From the NCBI RefSeq assembly GCF_020085105.1, contig NC_058054.1, positions 6,995,595 through 7,059,594 on the forward strand: 64,000 nucleotides of DNA, read 5' to 3'. The first letter of the stretch is position 1. Each line of letters begins with the position of its first letter. Source of the DNA: Siniperca chuatsi. Its lineage: Eukaryota. This document shows, piece after piece, positions 12,575 to 24,192 of this stretch. The position numbers and the translations under genes were made by a program. The notes under the pieces are model-generated. The model saw nothing but the letters and a program-made list of their open reading frames with translations. It was not told where the DNA came from and did no database searches.

Positions 12575-13982
12575 GTCAGTTTTTGTTGTAAAAACATTGG
12601 AAATCTGTTATTCACTTTATATTTGAAAGCTGATTTTTAAAGGATCAACATGTCATTTCATTGAATATGATACCTTGGTCCAGTTTCCATAAACAAATGA
12701 GACCAGAGTGTAAAGTTCAGCAGATATTTCCTGAAATCAAACCCCAGGGGCAAACATTGAAAAAATGCAGCACAGAGAAAAGGAGAGGTGATTAGTTGTT
12801 GAATCAGAATCAGAAATACTTTATTGATCCCCGAGGGGAAACTCTTTTGCTGAAGTTATTTTTCAAGCAAAAAGGCCAAAAATTCCCAGATTCCAGCTTC
12901 ACCATTGTGAGGATGAGCTGCTTTTCTTTGCCTTATATAAAATGAGTGTCTTCGGGTTTTGGACTGTGACATCTCTGTGGGCTCCAGGAAATTGTGACAG
13001 ACATTATTCACTATTTTCTGACACTATAGATTAAACCATGAATTGAGAAAATAATCGGCTGATGAATAGATAATGGAAATAATCTTTAGTTGCAGCCCTA
13101 CTTATGGTTGAAATTTAATTTGGTAATGATATGTGCTACCTGTATGTACAGTGATCCAGGTAATACCCTTCACTTTTTCATTTTTCCTTCATTTTATCAG
13201 GTAAAAGTCTTTTTCAAGACATCTGGCGATGAGGGTAGCATTAAAAACATTATTACCACCGTAAATACAAACAACATAAACAAACTAAAACAACTGTCAC
13301 ATGCTTCAAAAGACTACAGACATATATCTAGGACAGATATCTAGTTAGGATTAATTTACAGGTATGAGTTTCCAGAACTTTCAAAATGTTGTAAAAACAA
13401 TAAATTTAGAAGCAAATGCATTGACCAAGAGTACTTTATTAGTTGTTACTGAACGTAACTGCACTACAATGTATTTCTGATCTTTTATTCTGTATGTTGT
13501 TCCAAGAGAGGAAGGAAAAGCATATTTAAAAGCTTTTTTGCCCAACTCTTCGTCTAAACTTCAAAGCATTTCTACAAGGCTCAAGTAAAAAGAAACAGTG
13601 CTTTAAAAAAAATAGAAAATAGCTTTAATGTAGCTATGATAGTGACCAAACTGTGTGCAGAGCTCCTAAAACTAACTAGCATATTTATAAAAATATTCAA
13701 TCTACCTTATTTTCCTGTTCTTTTTTTCTTTATAGATTGTACCTACATTAGGTTATGTTAGGTTTATTAGGAAGATACGTATATACATATATAAATACTG
13801 TAAATGTATTGTATACTTTTTTCTTTTTCTTTTTTTTTTAAAGAAGTTAGCTGTCTTTCTGATTTTAGTTTTATGTGATGTCTTATTATGTATTTTTCTA
13901 ATTGATCCATATGTTCTAAGTCTGGAAGAGGGGATGTGATTACAAAGTAGAAAATAGATAATCATGTCTTCTTTGGAGACAG

Positions 13983-14054
13983 GAGAAAGGAGATGCGTTT
14001 GGTGGAATATTCAAGAAGTCGTCCAGACTTGCACACAGCCCTCCCACAGAGGAA
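13983..14054 (+). CDS. B-type mini-exon 1: EKGDAFGGIFKKSSRLAHSPPTEE
   Basis: AG acceptor at 13981-13982 and GTAAGA donor. 72 nt, phase 0. Carries the GG.F.G.FKK motif. Confidence 0.55.
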
Positions 14055-14332
14055 GTAAGAAGTGTCTTCTTTGTTTTCTGGTCCTTTTCAGTCATCCCAT
14101 ATATCGCTAATATTCTTAAACAGCAAATCAGTGTTTTCAAATTGGATGTTACCAAAATGTCAGACTAGTACACTTGTGACTGGAAGGCTGCTGGTTTGAA
14201 TCCCAGAACCAACAGTAAAAGCATTAGCTGTAAAAGAGCAGTAGGTGGCTCAGTTACCCCTCGCTGTTAGTGATGAAATGTTAAAAAGTCTGTAGCGTGT
14301 AACAGGTTCTGATTGTTTTTATCTCTTCTCAG

Positions 14333-14383
14333 GACGATGAGCTCTCAAGCAGCAGTGAAGCTCTGTCTGAGGACAACACCAAG
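14333..14383 (+). CDS. A-type mini-exon 3: DDELSSSSEALSEDNTK
   Basis: tcttctcag acceptor and GTGAGG donor. 51 nt. Confidence 0.6.
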
Positions 14384-14472
14384 GTGAGGTTTTTTTATGC
14401 ATCATTTAGAAACGGCCCTGAATAACTTTACTTTCGGAGAGAGCACTCATTGTCTGAATATGTATGTTTTAG

Positions 14473-14544
14473 AAAAAAGGAGGAATATTTAGTGGAATAT
14501 TCAAGAAAACTCCCAAACCTGCAAAAGTTGCTCAACCTGAGGAG
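14473..14544 (+). CDS. B-type mini-exon 2: KKGGIFSGIFKKTPKPAKVAQPEE
   Basis: ttttag acceptor and GTAAAA donor. 72 nt. Confidence 0.65.
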
Positions 14545-15031
14545 GTAAAAGTATAATTTGTCTGTGTCATTTACAGCAATATCAACCTTCATATTTTTAT
14601 TTTCTTGGAAGTCTTTTATGATAATGTTTAAATTGTAAAAAGCCTCATTACCTGTTGGGTAGCAGGATATCTGACACTTGTCTTCCAGATTTCTGTTCAA
14701 ATTTGGTGGAAAATTAGGAATACAAACAAACAAGTGATTAGTTGTTGGTGCAGATTCAGTATTTATTTTGAAAGATTTCTTAACATTGTGCATTTTTGAA
14801 TGTTTTCACTATTTTCACATGAACTACTGCACTGAAAATCTGGCACATGTATCCCATGATTGTCTATTACTGTGTATACCATTGCAAAACCATGCTCAGA
14901 TGTTCATTAAATATTTTCTATTACTCATTTCTATTAATATTAATATTACTATACTATATTACTATTAATATAGTAACAGGTAACATTTATTTGTTACCAC
15001 AACTTTTACAACCTCTGATAATTTTTTACAG

Positions 15032-15091
15032 GACGAGTCTTCCGACAACGAGCTCTCAACCAGCAACGAGAATTTATCTGAGAACAAACAG
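15032..15091 (+). CDS. A-type mini-exon 4: DESSDNELSTSNENLSENKQ
   Basis: ttttttacag acceptor and GTCAGT donor. 60 nt. Confidence 0.6.
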
Positions 15092-15189
15092 GTCAGTGAG
15101 TTGAAATCCAAGATGATTAAATGCTTTTCAACAAAACAGCAGTTGGATTTGTAAATACAGTAAAGCCTTTTTATTGTGTATTTCATCAG

Positions 15190-15258
15190 GTGAAAGGTGG
15201 AGGGTTGTTCAGCGGACTCCTGAAAAAGACTCCCAAAGCGTCTGGGGAAAGGACACCG
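15190..15258 (+). CDS. B-type mini-exon 3: VKGGGLFSGLLKKTPKASGERTP
   Basis: cag acceptor and GTGAAT donor. 69 nt. Confidence 0.6.
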
Positions 15259-15347
15259 GTGAATGAGTGTTTCCTGGATGTGCAATGAGTTTCTAAGCCT
15301 GCACGCAATTTCACCCGTTTCATGTAACATAAATTTCTGTGTTTCAG

Positions 15348-15413
15348 GACAGGGAGGCTCAGAAAGAGCTGTCAGCCAGCAACGACGACCCGTCTGAGAA
15401 TAATACGACAAAG
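15348..15413 (+). CDS. A-type mini-exon 5: DREAQKELSASNDDPSENNTTK
   Basis: gtttcag acceptor and GTGAGC donor. 66 nt. Confidence 0.65.
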
Positions 15414-15495
15414 GTGAGCAGTATAATGCAGCAACACCTTAAAAATATAAAATGTCTTTCAAGGGAATGTTCATTGACACCAAATTATTTTCCAG

Positions 15496-15564
15496 GAGAA
15501 AAATATTTTTGGCAACATGTTTAAGAAGCCGCAGAAACCAGCAGAGGGCGCTGCAGCAGACAAG
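15496..15564 (+). CDS. B-type mini-exon 4: EKNIFGNMFKKPQKPAEGAAADK
   Basis: ttttccag acceptor and GTACTG donor. 69 nt. Confidence 0.6.
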
Positions 15565-15664
15565 GTACTGTGATTTGATGAAATTGATTAAATCAGTCTT
15601 TAAACTTCCTGTTATGGAGGATGGAGTAGATGTTGATATTTACTGTTTTCTGGTTTGAATTCAG

Positions 15665-15736
15665 GAGCTGGAGGTGAACAGTGAAAATCAGTTATTTGGT
15701 AGCTGTGAGAATCTGTTTGATACCACCGTCCCGAAG
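15665..15736 (+). CDS. A-type variant mini-exon 6: ELEVNSENQLFGSCENLFDTTVPK
   Basis: ttcag acceptor and GTACAT donor. 72 nt. Confidence 0.55.
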
Positions 15737-16171
15737 GTACATCACTCTTTTAAAAAGAAAACAACACAAAACAAAACCCCTCTTGTTCTTAATTTTTCTG
15801 TCTCAAGGTGGCTGCTGTTGTCATGTGAGCTGAAACCTGATCATGATGATATCTTTGTGTTTGTCCTGTCCTGTCATTGGTCCTGTTGTGCGTTGCATTT
15901 AGCTGCAATCAAATATGCATGTAATAAATAATAATCTTTGTTTGGAGGGCTGTTAGTTACAAAGTGCTTCACACAACAAAAGTAAATAAAAACAAAAATA
16001 ATAAAAAAATTGTTCCAGATGAAAATCAAAAAATGGTGTGAGCAGTGTCTGATTCACTGTGTGTGATTAACTTGGGAGCAGGTTTAGCTTTTGACTCTTG
16101 TTTCTCTTTAGTTTTTCTGTTGTTTCTGAATGTATTCATTGAAGAGAAATAACAAATATTTGTGTTTTTAG

Positions 16172-16237
16172 GAGAAAAAAGGAGGCCTGGCTGGCATCTT
16201 CAAAAGATCAGCCAGCATCGACAGCCTGTTTGACGAG
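16172..16237 (+). CDS. B-type mini-exon 5: EKKGGLAGIFKRSASIDSLFDE
   Basis: tttttag acceptor and GTCAGT donor. 66 nt. Confidence 0.6.
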
Positions 16238-16651
16238 GTCAGTGTCCGCCCCGCACACACTCAACGCAGCATCCTCCCTACAGTTTAAGGCACCACTAAG
16301 GAGACATCATTGTTACACATGACAAAAATAAGTTGCAGAATCTACAGCATGTTTGAAGACAGTACAACTTGATTTTTTTTTTATGGTGTGCTGAAATGAA
16401 CCCAGCGCCTGCCTGAAAGGTAGAAAATAAATCGACTGTATGCTTTGAAACATAATCGGCAAAAATGTATAAAGTGCAATTTGAGGTATGTTTCCTGGAT
16501 AAACCATCTTCTTTCAAGCCTTTTTTTGCACTCTTCACGAGCCAATCGAGAGAAGATTATCAACAAAATGTCCAACATTAAACTGTGTTAATGACCTTTT
16601 ATCTTTGGTTTCAAACTTTGCACTGCACTCATTTGCATTTTCACTCATCAG

Positions 16652-16723
16652 GAAAAAGGCGGGCTGTTCAGTGGACTTCTTAAGAAAACACCCAAAGTGT
16701 CTGGAGATGAGGCAGCTGCAGAA
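16652..16723 (+). CDS. B-type mini-exon 6: EKGGLFSGLLKKTPKVSGDEAAAE
   Basis: cag acceptor and GTGAGT donor. 72 nt. Confidence 0.65.
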
Positions 16724-16810
16724 GTGAGTGTGTGACTTAGTTACACTGTTGGCATCACTGTCTGTGGTGACTGTTGCATATTTATATATTGTCCATTTCT
16801 CTTTTTTCAG

Positions 16811-16876
16811 GACAAAGATGACCAGAAGGAACTGTCAGCAAGTAATGATAGTCTGTTTGAAAACAGCAACACTAAG
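16811..16876 (+). CDS. A-type mini-exon 7: DKDDQKELSASNDSLFENSNTK
   Basis: cttttttcag acceptor and GTGAAA donor. 66 nt. Confidence 0.65.
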
Positions 16877-17041
16877 GTGAAATGTTGGTTTTTGAACCAC
16901 GAAAGGAATTTCAACAAAATTTCAACATGCTCGTACTGTTCTTTGAATTTTACTGTCAGCTGTGACACATTACAGATACTCCTGATGTAGTTTTTACTGC
17001 CACTTATACAGATTGTGTCTGTGTCTAATGTCTGTTTTTAG

Positions 17042-17110
17042 GAGAAAGGTATTTTCAGTGGCATGTTTAAGAAGACTCATAAATCAGCAGAGGGGACTAC
17101 AACAGATGAG
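17042..17110 (+). CDS. B-type mini-exon 7: EKGIFSGMFKKTHKSAEGTTTDE
   Basis: tttttag acceptor and GTACAG donor. 69 nt. Confidence 0.6.
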
Positions 17111-17211
17111 GTACAGCAATGACCCTTTCACATAAAGTTCATAGTATATTATACCATTTGACTCTACTTTGTATCTGTCTTTGTCTTTTTTATGTTTTAT
17201 TTTATGTTCAG

Positions 17212-17283
17212 GAATTGAACACAGGCGAGGATAAGAAGTTATCGGCCAGTTGTGAAAATCTGTTAGAAGCAACCACGTCAAAG
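17212..17283 (+). CDS. A-type mini-exon 8: ELNTGEDKKLSASCENLLEATTSK
   Basis: ttcag acceptor and GTACAA donor. 72 nt. Confidence 0.6.
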
Positions 17284-17380
17284 GTACAAATGTTGTCCGA
17301 CGACCACAATCTCAGCCTGTTTTTCTCTGTTCTGCCACTGATTAATGACTATTAACGTGTGAATGTTTCTTATGTTTCAG

Positions 17381-17452
17381 GAGAAGACTGGAGGACTGGC
17401 AGGGATCTTCAAAAAGTCTCCGAAACCAGCTCCACGCTCGATCGCTACTAAG
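17381..17452 (+). CDS. B-type mini-exon 8: EKTGGLAGIFKKSPKPAPRSIATK
   Basis: tgtttcag acceptor and GTGACC donor. 72 nt. Confidence 0.6.
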
Positions 17453-17642
17453 GTGACCAAATAAACTAATTTTGTTTTGTTTTTTTGTGGTGATGTGTAT
17501 GGTTACCGGTTGTTGAGTTGTCTGTGAAATCTCTCATTTACATTTTTAAGCGAATCATATTGTGCTCAAATTCTTCAAAAATAACCTTCAACAAGTTAAA
17601 ACTAATTGATTTGCCTACAAAATGTTCCTTTTTGTTTTCCAG

Positions 17643-17705
17643 GATCCTCTCAGTGACACAAAGGAACTGTCCGCCAGCTGGGACAGCCTCACAGAAACTG
17701 CCGAG
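17643..17705 (+). CDS. A-type mini-exon 9: DPLSDTKELSASWDSLTETAE
   Basis: ttttccag acceptor and GTGAGA donor. 63 nt. Confidence 0.6.
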
Positions 17706-18206
17706 GTGAGAGCTTCTCGAAGTCTGTGGATGCACTTGGCAACTTGTTGAGCAACGCTGATGCTGTAGGCGACAGTGCCAGTGTACTTTCATGAGAATAT
17801 TGTTTTGCCAGCAAACATTTGAATAGTTTTGAGAGGATGACCCCTCTCAGAACACTATGCTAAGGTTGAAGGCTAAAAAACATATCTGCACACTTATATC
17901 CAATGATATTTTTTAATATTTAAGCCAAGCCAAGCTTTCTTCTTTCATGTTTGACAAAAAGGAATCTCAGAGCACTGGAGCAGTGTGCAGAGCCTTCCTT
18001 TCTCTAGATTATCTGCCAGAAAACATTTAAAATAGATTTGCAATGCCGTTATTTACAGTTTTATATTTACTTTTAAACATCTGAGTAGGTTTTTGATCCT
18101 GTGTTAAACTTTGTTGCCAGTTTATGAGAGGGTTCCCCAACAACCTCACCCAAAAGTTTCAGTAATAACACAATTCTTGTTTTGTTGTTTGTTTTTTATT
18201 TTAAAG

Positions 18207-18269
18207 GATGATCTTGGTGAATTGTCAACCAGTAACAATAATCTTTCTGAAGTTACAAGCACCACAAAG
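18207..18269 (+). CDS. A-type mini-exon 10: DDLGELSTSNNNLSEVTSTTK
   Basis: ttttaaag acceptor and GTGAGT donor. 63 nt. Confidence 0.55.
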
Positions 18270-18366
18270 GTGAGTCTTGTAGAGTGTATTATTCTGTTTG
18301 ATTGTATCAACATAGTTTTGCTGTTTTGTGACTTAAATGAATGCTTTATGTTTTAATTTTTAACAG

Positions 18367-18426
18367 GATAAAAAAGGAGGGTTTGCTGGAATTTTCAGGA
18401 GGACGCCCAAAACAGTTGAACACCAG
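18367..18426 (+). CDS. B-type mini-exon 9: DKKGGFAGIFRRTPKTVEHQ
   Basis: taacag acceptor and GTACGA donor. 60 nt. Confidence 0.6.
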
Positions 18427-19245
18427 GTACGATATCATCAGCAATGAGAGGTGTGAAGTGTATTTATCAACACTTTTTTGAATCGTACAATCAGTAGTAG
18501 TTGGAACAACATATCTAGTAGCAGTAACAGTAGTCATAGTGGTAGTAACCTACAGAGAAGTAGGGCTAATCAGGAATAGGGTTATCGATGTAGATTAATT
18601 TCTAATCTGTACATTTGTTGTCAAAGAAGCAACTGAAGATGCTCTAAATACATAAAGAACATATTTTGTGATTTGATTTGCATGTTATGGTATTTGGCAG
18701 TTTTTAGTTTTATGTGCTTTGTTGTCTCTGTGGTCAATACAAAATGACTTTTAGAAAAAACAAAAACAAATTTATAGTGCTAACTATAAGGGCACTCGGA
18801 GAGCACAGACCTTCGCCAAGGCCAATAGTCCAGTCTTCCATGATATGCAAATCTGCAAGCGCAACCACAATATATGGCTGGATATATTTCCAAAACTATT
18901 AGAATTGCAGCATGTCAAAATATGGTTGTGCCTCATCATCTTAACCCACAATTGACCTATCTCGCAATGTTAACGAAAGTGAAAAATAATTTAGTGTATC
19001 TGCCCCGTGATTCGGATCCGCTCCAAAATTTTATGGGATCTTCCTTAGCCCATGCTACACCCTTCCACATCGTTTTCCTGTAATCCTGCTGACAGACAAA
19101 CAAACGACACCGAAAACATGACCTCCTTGGTTCTTGAAGTAATAATGGGTATAGAGAGTTAGCATTGCGAGCAAGTTAGATGATCCCTATAAAATCCTGT
19201 ACAGCTGTTAAGCAATTATCTTTGCTATCTGTCTTCATTTGTGAG

Positions 19246-19308
19246 GACGTGGAGGCACCAGAAGGAGGTGGGCTGAGACGCAGGACAACCATCAAGAAAA
19301 AAACACGA
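19246..19308 (+). CDS. Candidate additional, degenerate B-like mini-exon: DVEAPEGGGLRRRTTIKKKTR
   Basis: AG acceptor after a pyrimidine-rich tract, strong GTGAGT donor at 19309. 63 nt, phase 0, no stops. The motif is only loosely B-like. Confidence 0.35.
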
Positions 19309-19518
19309 GTGAGTTGTTCACTTCAGAAACATCATGACAGAAGACAGAAAACCAAAGTGTATTTCAACATCTATACCACTAGGTGGTTTAGGTTACTTAT
19401 ACTGTATCCATACATGAGATTATTTTTCTCTTGCTTCTCCAGTTTGAGCTCTTACCTTTTGATGTTAAAGTCATCTTGTCATTGACAAACCTTTCTTGTT
19501 TCGTTTCAATGTTCTCAG

Positions 19519-19581
19519 GTTGTATCATTCCGAGTCAGAAAAACTCTTCCCAAAATACCCAAGCTTAATCTAACTTCACAG
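19519..19581 (+). CDS. Paralog B exon (63 nt, phase 0): VVSFRVRKTLPKIPKLNLTSQ
   Basis: ttctcag acceptor and GTATGT donor. Open frame. Confidence 0.45.
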
Positions 19582-19919
19582 GTATGTAATGATCTCCTCT
19601 AGTTGTTCCTCAGTTACTTCTCACTTTGCTGTTTTGCTCCTGTTCTTTAACTGCATTAACAAAGACCGATCTGAAATTTGGTATAGATATGGATATCAAC
19701 ATGCTGAACATTTTCCTTTTACATTTTTGATTGAATGGTTGTTGTCCTGAGTAATTTTTTGACACAGATACATGTTCTGTCTCTACAAATATGCATTGTC
19801 CTCTTTTAAATTCATATTTCCTTTAGTTGTTTACTGGTTTTATTATTGATGTGTGTTAAAGTTCTCCAATGAACTTATTACTAAGTTAATGACATTAATC
19901 GTCCTTTATTCCTCCATAG

Positions 19920-19982
19920 AGTTCAGACAAGATCCCTGTTTTTGAGGAGACTGTTGAGCTGCAGGATCTGAACCCAGCGCAG
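19920..19982 (+). CDS. Paralog B exon (63 nt, phase 0): SSDKIPVFEETVELQDLNPAQ
   Basis: tccatag acceptor and GTTAGC donor. Open frame. Confidence 0.45.
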
Positions 19983-20653
19983 GTTAGCATGATGATATTA
20001 TAAAATAGATATACAGGAAAAAAACATTTTAGTGGGGTTCACAAATGTCCAACCAAGCCTAAATCTTAACTAAAATTTATATATATATAAAACATCTTTT
20101 ACATTAATAAATTAATTAACTCACTAAATAAAACTGGAACAGTCTGAAGATTCAGATACACTTGTAAAAAGCGAAGAAATGTATAATACATGAAAATGGA
20201 AGTACGTTTTTAAAGCATTGCTGATATGAAAATGTTAAAAACACTGTGTAGTCATTTCAAATGTTTACAAACATAACATATCATGTTTATCATGTAATCA
20301 GACACTTGTGAGTTGTGGGAATCTGCAAATTAAAAAACCTCTGCTGCTCATAAGAGTCTCAGCCTGCGTAAAACAGTATAATAATTACATCATATCCTTA
20401 TAATATTATTAACTGTGTATTTCCTTTTGTGAAGCACAACCTTAGGTCACCACTCTACATCTGATTACAGGGAGAAAATAAACCCTTTTCTGTATGTGAT
20501 ACAGAACCATACAGACTGTCAACCGCTGAGAATCAGAATCTGTGTCCCTCTAACAGGCATACAGAGAGAATGGTAGTGACAGTAGTTACAGATACTAACC
20601 CTTTTAACTGAATTTTTTGTCACAAAGTTGTGTTATTGTGTTTGTTTTTCCAG

Positions 20654-20728
20654 GAGAGCACAGTGGAGGTCCAGCCTGTGAAGATGGCAGCTTACAATAC
20701 TGAAGACAACCCTCTTGAATCTGAGCAG
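20654..20728 (+). CDS. Paralog B exon (75 nt, phase 0): ESTVEVQPVKMAAYNTEDNPLESEQ
   Basis: tttttccag acceptor and GTGTGT donor. Same position as paralog A exon 495-572. Confidence 0.5.
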
Positions 20729-20738
20729 GTGTGTTTTT

Positions 20739-21819
20739 GGGTGCTTTCACACCTGTAGTTTGTCTCTTGGTCCGGATCGAATGAACCAAAGTGACACAAT
20801 ATTGCATTTTAGTTCTGGTCTGGTTCGTGTTCACACTGACTTTTTATAAACAAACCAAAAAGGAGTAAACACAAAGTTATACAGACTGACAGGTAACTCG
20901 TTGATTGGACAGTTTCGGTGATGGCATCCTGCATCATCAGTGCATCATCAGGACCCACGTGGGGAATTCAAATTCCTGTGACTGACAGAAGTTTATGCAG
21001 CAATTTAATGCTTCTGATGTGTATATTTATGTTCTTCGGTGTCACAAAGAGCTCATGAAGAAGTATCTGATTATGAGCATTATTAATATTATTGGACTGC
21101 AAATCGACCGCATGTTATGAATAATGACTTACAGGTAGATAAAGGACTAAAAAGAGGCATCTTGTACAGCAATATTCCAGGGGTAATTACTGTGGGATCA
21201 CTCTGTCACACACTTTTTAATGGACTTAATTAAGTAAATAATTAAGCACATGGAGTAGGATACAAACACAACACACCTGAGGTTTCCAGGTCCAGAAAGA
21301 AAGTTCCTTTGACAATAAATTAACACTTTCTACAGGGAGATAGTCCATGAGTGGCCTCTAAATGTTCAGAAATGGCTGATCATTACCTTTAAGCACAGAG
21401 CTGAGCCTTTCATGTGGTAATACATTAAAGATTTCTTTGTACCAGAAAGTAACAGTAGGAGGGGTTTCCTTGAACGTTTTTTACCAAATGATTTAAATGA
21501 ATATATACATGGCTTATACAGATCATTATCTCACTTATCAGATTGCTTCCTAAACAGTTCAGGACCAGTAGATGGATTTATTAGTAGTTTAGCTTTTGAA
21601 ATCATGCTAAAATCACATCCCTACTATCAAAAAGTCCTGTGGTTGGTCTGTTTGCTTTCAAACCACAAATTAATCGCACCAGAGTCTGCTTGGAGGGTCT
21701 CGGTCCGGTTGTTTGGTTCGAGCGACAGCTCTCACAGCAGCCCAAACGGCCGCACTAACCGGGCAGACGCACCATATTTCATTTTAACTGAACCAAACAG
21801 GTTAGTTGTGAAAGCACCC
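20739..21819. mobile_element. Non-autonomous DNA-transposon-like insertion in a paralog B intron, with about 13-15 bp terminal inverted repeats (GGGTGCTTTCACA ... TGTGAAAGCACCC)
   Basis: The inverted repeat sits at 20739-20753 and 21805-21819. No long ORF lies inside. Confidence 0.45.
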
Positions 21820-21919
21820 TTAGTGTTTGTGTGTGTGTAAGTGTGTTTGCATGTTTTACTACATATATGCAACCGATACTGTATGTTGTCTTTTCATTGA
21901 CGAAGGTCTCTGTTTTCAG

Positions 21920-21959
21920 GAAAGTGATGAGTTGATGGAGTGGTGGAACACCGTCAAAG
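21920..21959 (+). CDS. Paralog B exon (40 nt, ends phase 1): ESDELMEWWNTVK
   Basis: tgttttcag acceptor and GTCAGT donor. Paralogous to exon 694-733. Confidence 0.7.
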
Positions 21960-22062
21960 GTCAGTATGATTGTGTTCATCTTTAATCTTTAAGTTTGTTG
22001 TGCTGTTCCACCAGGAGAATTACCACTGATGCCAAAGAAAGTGTGGAAATCACACACTCACT

Positions 22063-22092
22063 CACACACACACACACACACACACACACAAA
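22063..22092. repeat. (CA)n microsatellite
   Basis: Perfect CA dinucleotide run. Confidence 0.95.
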
Positions 22093-22227
22093 TAAATAAA
22101 AATGTTTCTTTTAATGTAAAGTCCCAAAAAAAGATTCAATAAATCAGCACTAAAAACTAGAAACAAAACACTGTTTTATGTATTTGCTCCATATACTAAT
22201 TGTATTATTTCTGCTTCCGGTTTACAG

Positions 22228-22279
22228 GTTGGACGGACTGGAATGAGACATCCAATTTCCAGGAAGGGGATGAGGAAAT
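22228..22279 (+). CDS. Paralog B exon (52 nt): GWTDWNETSNFQEGDEE(M)
   Basis: tttacag acceptor and GTAAGT donor. Paralogous to exon 1403-1454. Confidence 0.7.
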
Positions 22280-22918
22280 GTAAGTTTATTTTCTTTAATA
22301 ACTTTTCATTCAAATTTACCCAGAAGATATTATTTTGGCATTCTGAGGACATTTTAGTGTGCAGGAGGCTGTTTAATCTTTTTTTTTTAGTCAGCACCAT
22401 CTGACCTGTCGCAAGTACTGTTGCTACTGCTATCTAAAGTAGCTAGGAAGCTCATTGATAATGGGCAAATGTAAAATAATTAAATGAATCAATCATTTTT
22501 AATTGGTTAACTCCATCCATCCATTTTCTGCTTCTTATCCAGATCCAGGTTGTGTTAATATAGTTAATTATAGCATTAGAAATTATTGTTATATACTGCT
22601 GGGAACGAAGTACTGAAAAAAATGTGATATAATAATGAATAATTTTGGGTCATAACGTCCCTGCTAGTTTTCCATCGTACTTTCAAGCTTTGGCCAATAT
22701 GACTGAAACAGGTATTAAACTGGTTTATTGGTGAACTCTGCAGAATCCCTGTTATCCAGTATTTGTCAACATTCGGGTTCAAATGATAAATGTAAATATT
22801 TTAAGAGCCCATGTTTTGCTGGGTCCACACACATGCACGTAGGAAATAGCTATTTCTTAGACTTACAAGCATTTAACTTTAAACTTAACAAATACACCAT
22901 CCATCCACCATTCTCCAG

Positions 22919-23333
22919 GGCGATGGAGCAGGCAGCTGATCGTGTCTACATGGCAGCTCGTCTGTTTGTGCATCTTTTCAACCAGCGGGGGGCGTCCTTA
23001 CAGCATCGCATCCTGGAGCTTTTGGCTCTGGCCGACGCTGCAGATCAATTCCACAAAAGAACAGTGACAGCTGCTGTGGGTGGAGGGGTGGCCAGTGTTG
23101 CAGGCAGCGTGGCAACAATCACAGGGCTCATTCTGGCGCCTTTCACTTTTGGTGCCTCTATTATTGTCACAGCGGTGGGGATTGGCGTGGCGACAGCGGG
23201 CAACATCACGGCAGCGACAGCCAATATCACAGATACAGTTCACTCCAGCATGGACCGCAAGAAGGTGGAGAAGATGATCCAGAGCTATCAGGAGGAGATC
23301 AAAGACATCAGAGAGTGTTTGGAGTTCGTACAG
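22919..23333 (+). CDS. Paralog B exon, first half of the ApoL domain: AMEQAADRVYMAARLFVHLFNQRGASLQHRILELLALADAADQFHKRTVTAAVGGGVASVAGSVATITGLILAPFTFGASIIVTAVGIGVATAGNITAATANITDTVHSSMDRKKVEKMIQSYQEEIKDIRECLEFVQ
   Basis: ttctccag acceptor. The frame carries over from the previous exon (at + g gives atg). GTGAGG donor at 23334. Homologous to paralog A residues AFAVTADKVQ...FIKQ. Confidence 0.8.
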
Positions 23334-24192
23334 GTGAGGAAATGTTTGATTTGAGTTTGTAGCTGAATCTCACATAGGCTTTGCAGATGTGTCTACAGAC
23401 TTATTACTGCTGGTGACATTATACAGGTTCACTGGAGACATAGTAATGCAAAAATACTGTAACTAGACCAGAACTAGAGATTCCTGAAAAAAATGTGGTT
23501 GCTTTGTAGATTAATCTGTAAAAAAAAATTCCAATGTAGTAACAAGAAATGTTTGAAGTAATGTAGAAAGTGTTGCACTGTTACTGCTCGGTATGTATTT
23601 TAGTCACAGTTCTTTCGAAAAATAAATTCAAGGGATTCCTATCCTATGTCCCTAAAATGTTTGTGTTTATGTAAAAAATAATACTGGCCAATATTGTAAC
23701 TCTCAAGTATTAGCATTTTTATATCTGCCTCCAGTATAGAAATCTAGTATTGATCGGGCTGTGACTGCTTTTGAGTTTAGCTTGAGAAGAGCTCAGTTGG
23801 CTTAATCGTTAAACCAGTAGGTGTGTTTTTGTATTGTTAGCTAGCTAACTAGACATTAAGATAGTTTAGTTAGCTAGTAAATACATTTTTATTTGACATG
23901 GACATCACAATAGTAATGGAATTGCATAGAGATGCATTGGGTGTGAGAATGACTTTGTGTAGCAATAATGGAAAACACCTGTCGTCGGGTAATTAACGAA
24001 AGTAACTGATGTCAATATCGAAATGATAGTAGCCACCGCTAAAGCTAGGTTTTACTACATGTAGGCTAAGTAAGGAAGGAAATGTGCATCAAAAATGAGT
24101 TTGGGATTACATATGTGAATAGTTTTAAAATCACGGGAAAACCTTGAACCTTTAGTAGTGTCCTCCTTTTTTTGTCTCTGTGCCACTTGTAG

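Noticed and set aside
22728-22918. 5' part of the 208-aa track ORF (MVNSAESLLSSICQHSGSNDKCKYF...)
   Set aside because: This part is intronic read-through upstream of the real acceptor at 22918. Only the portion from 22919 onward belongs to the ApoL-like coding sequence.
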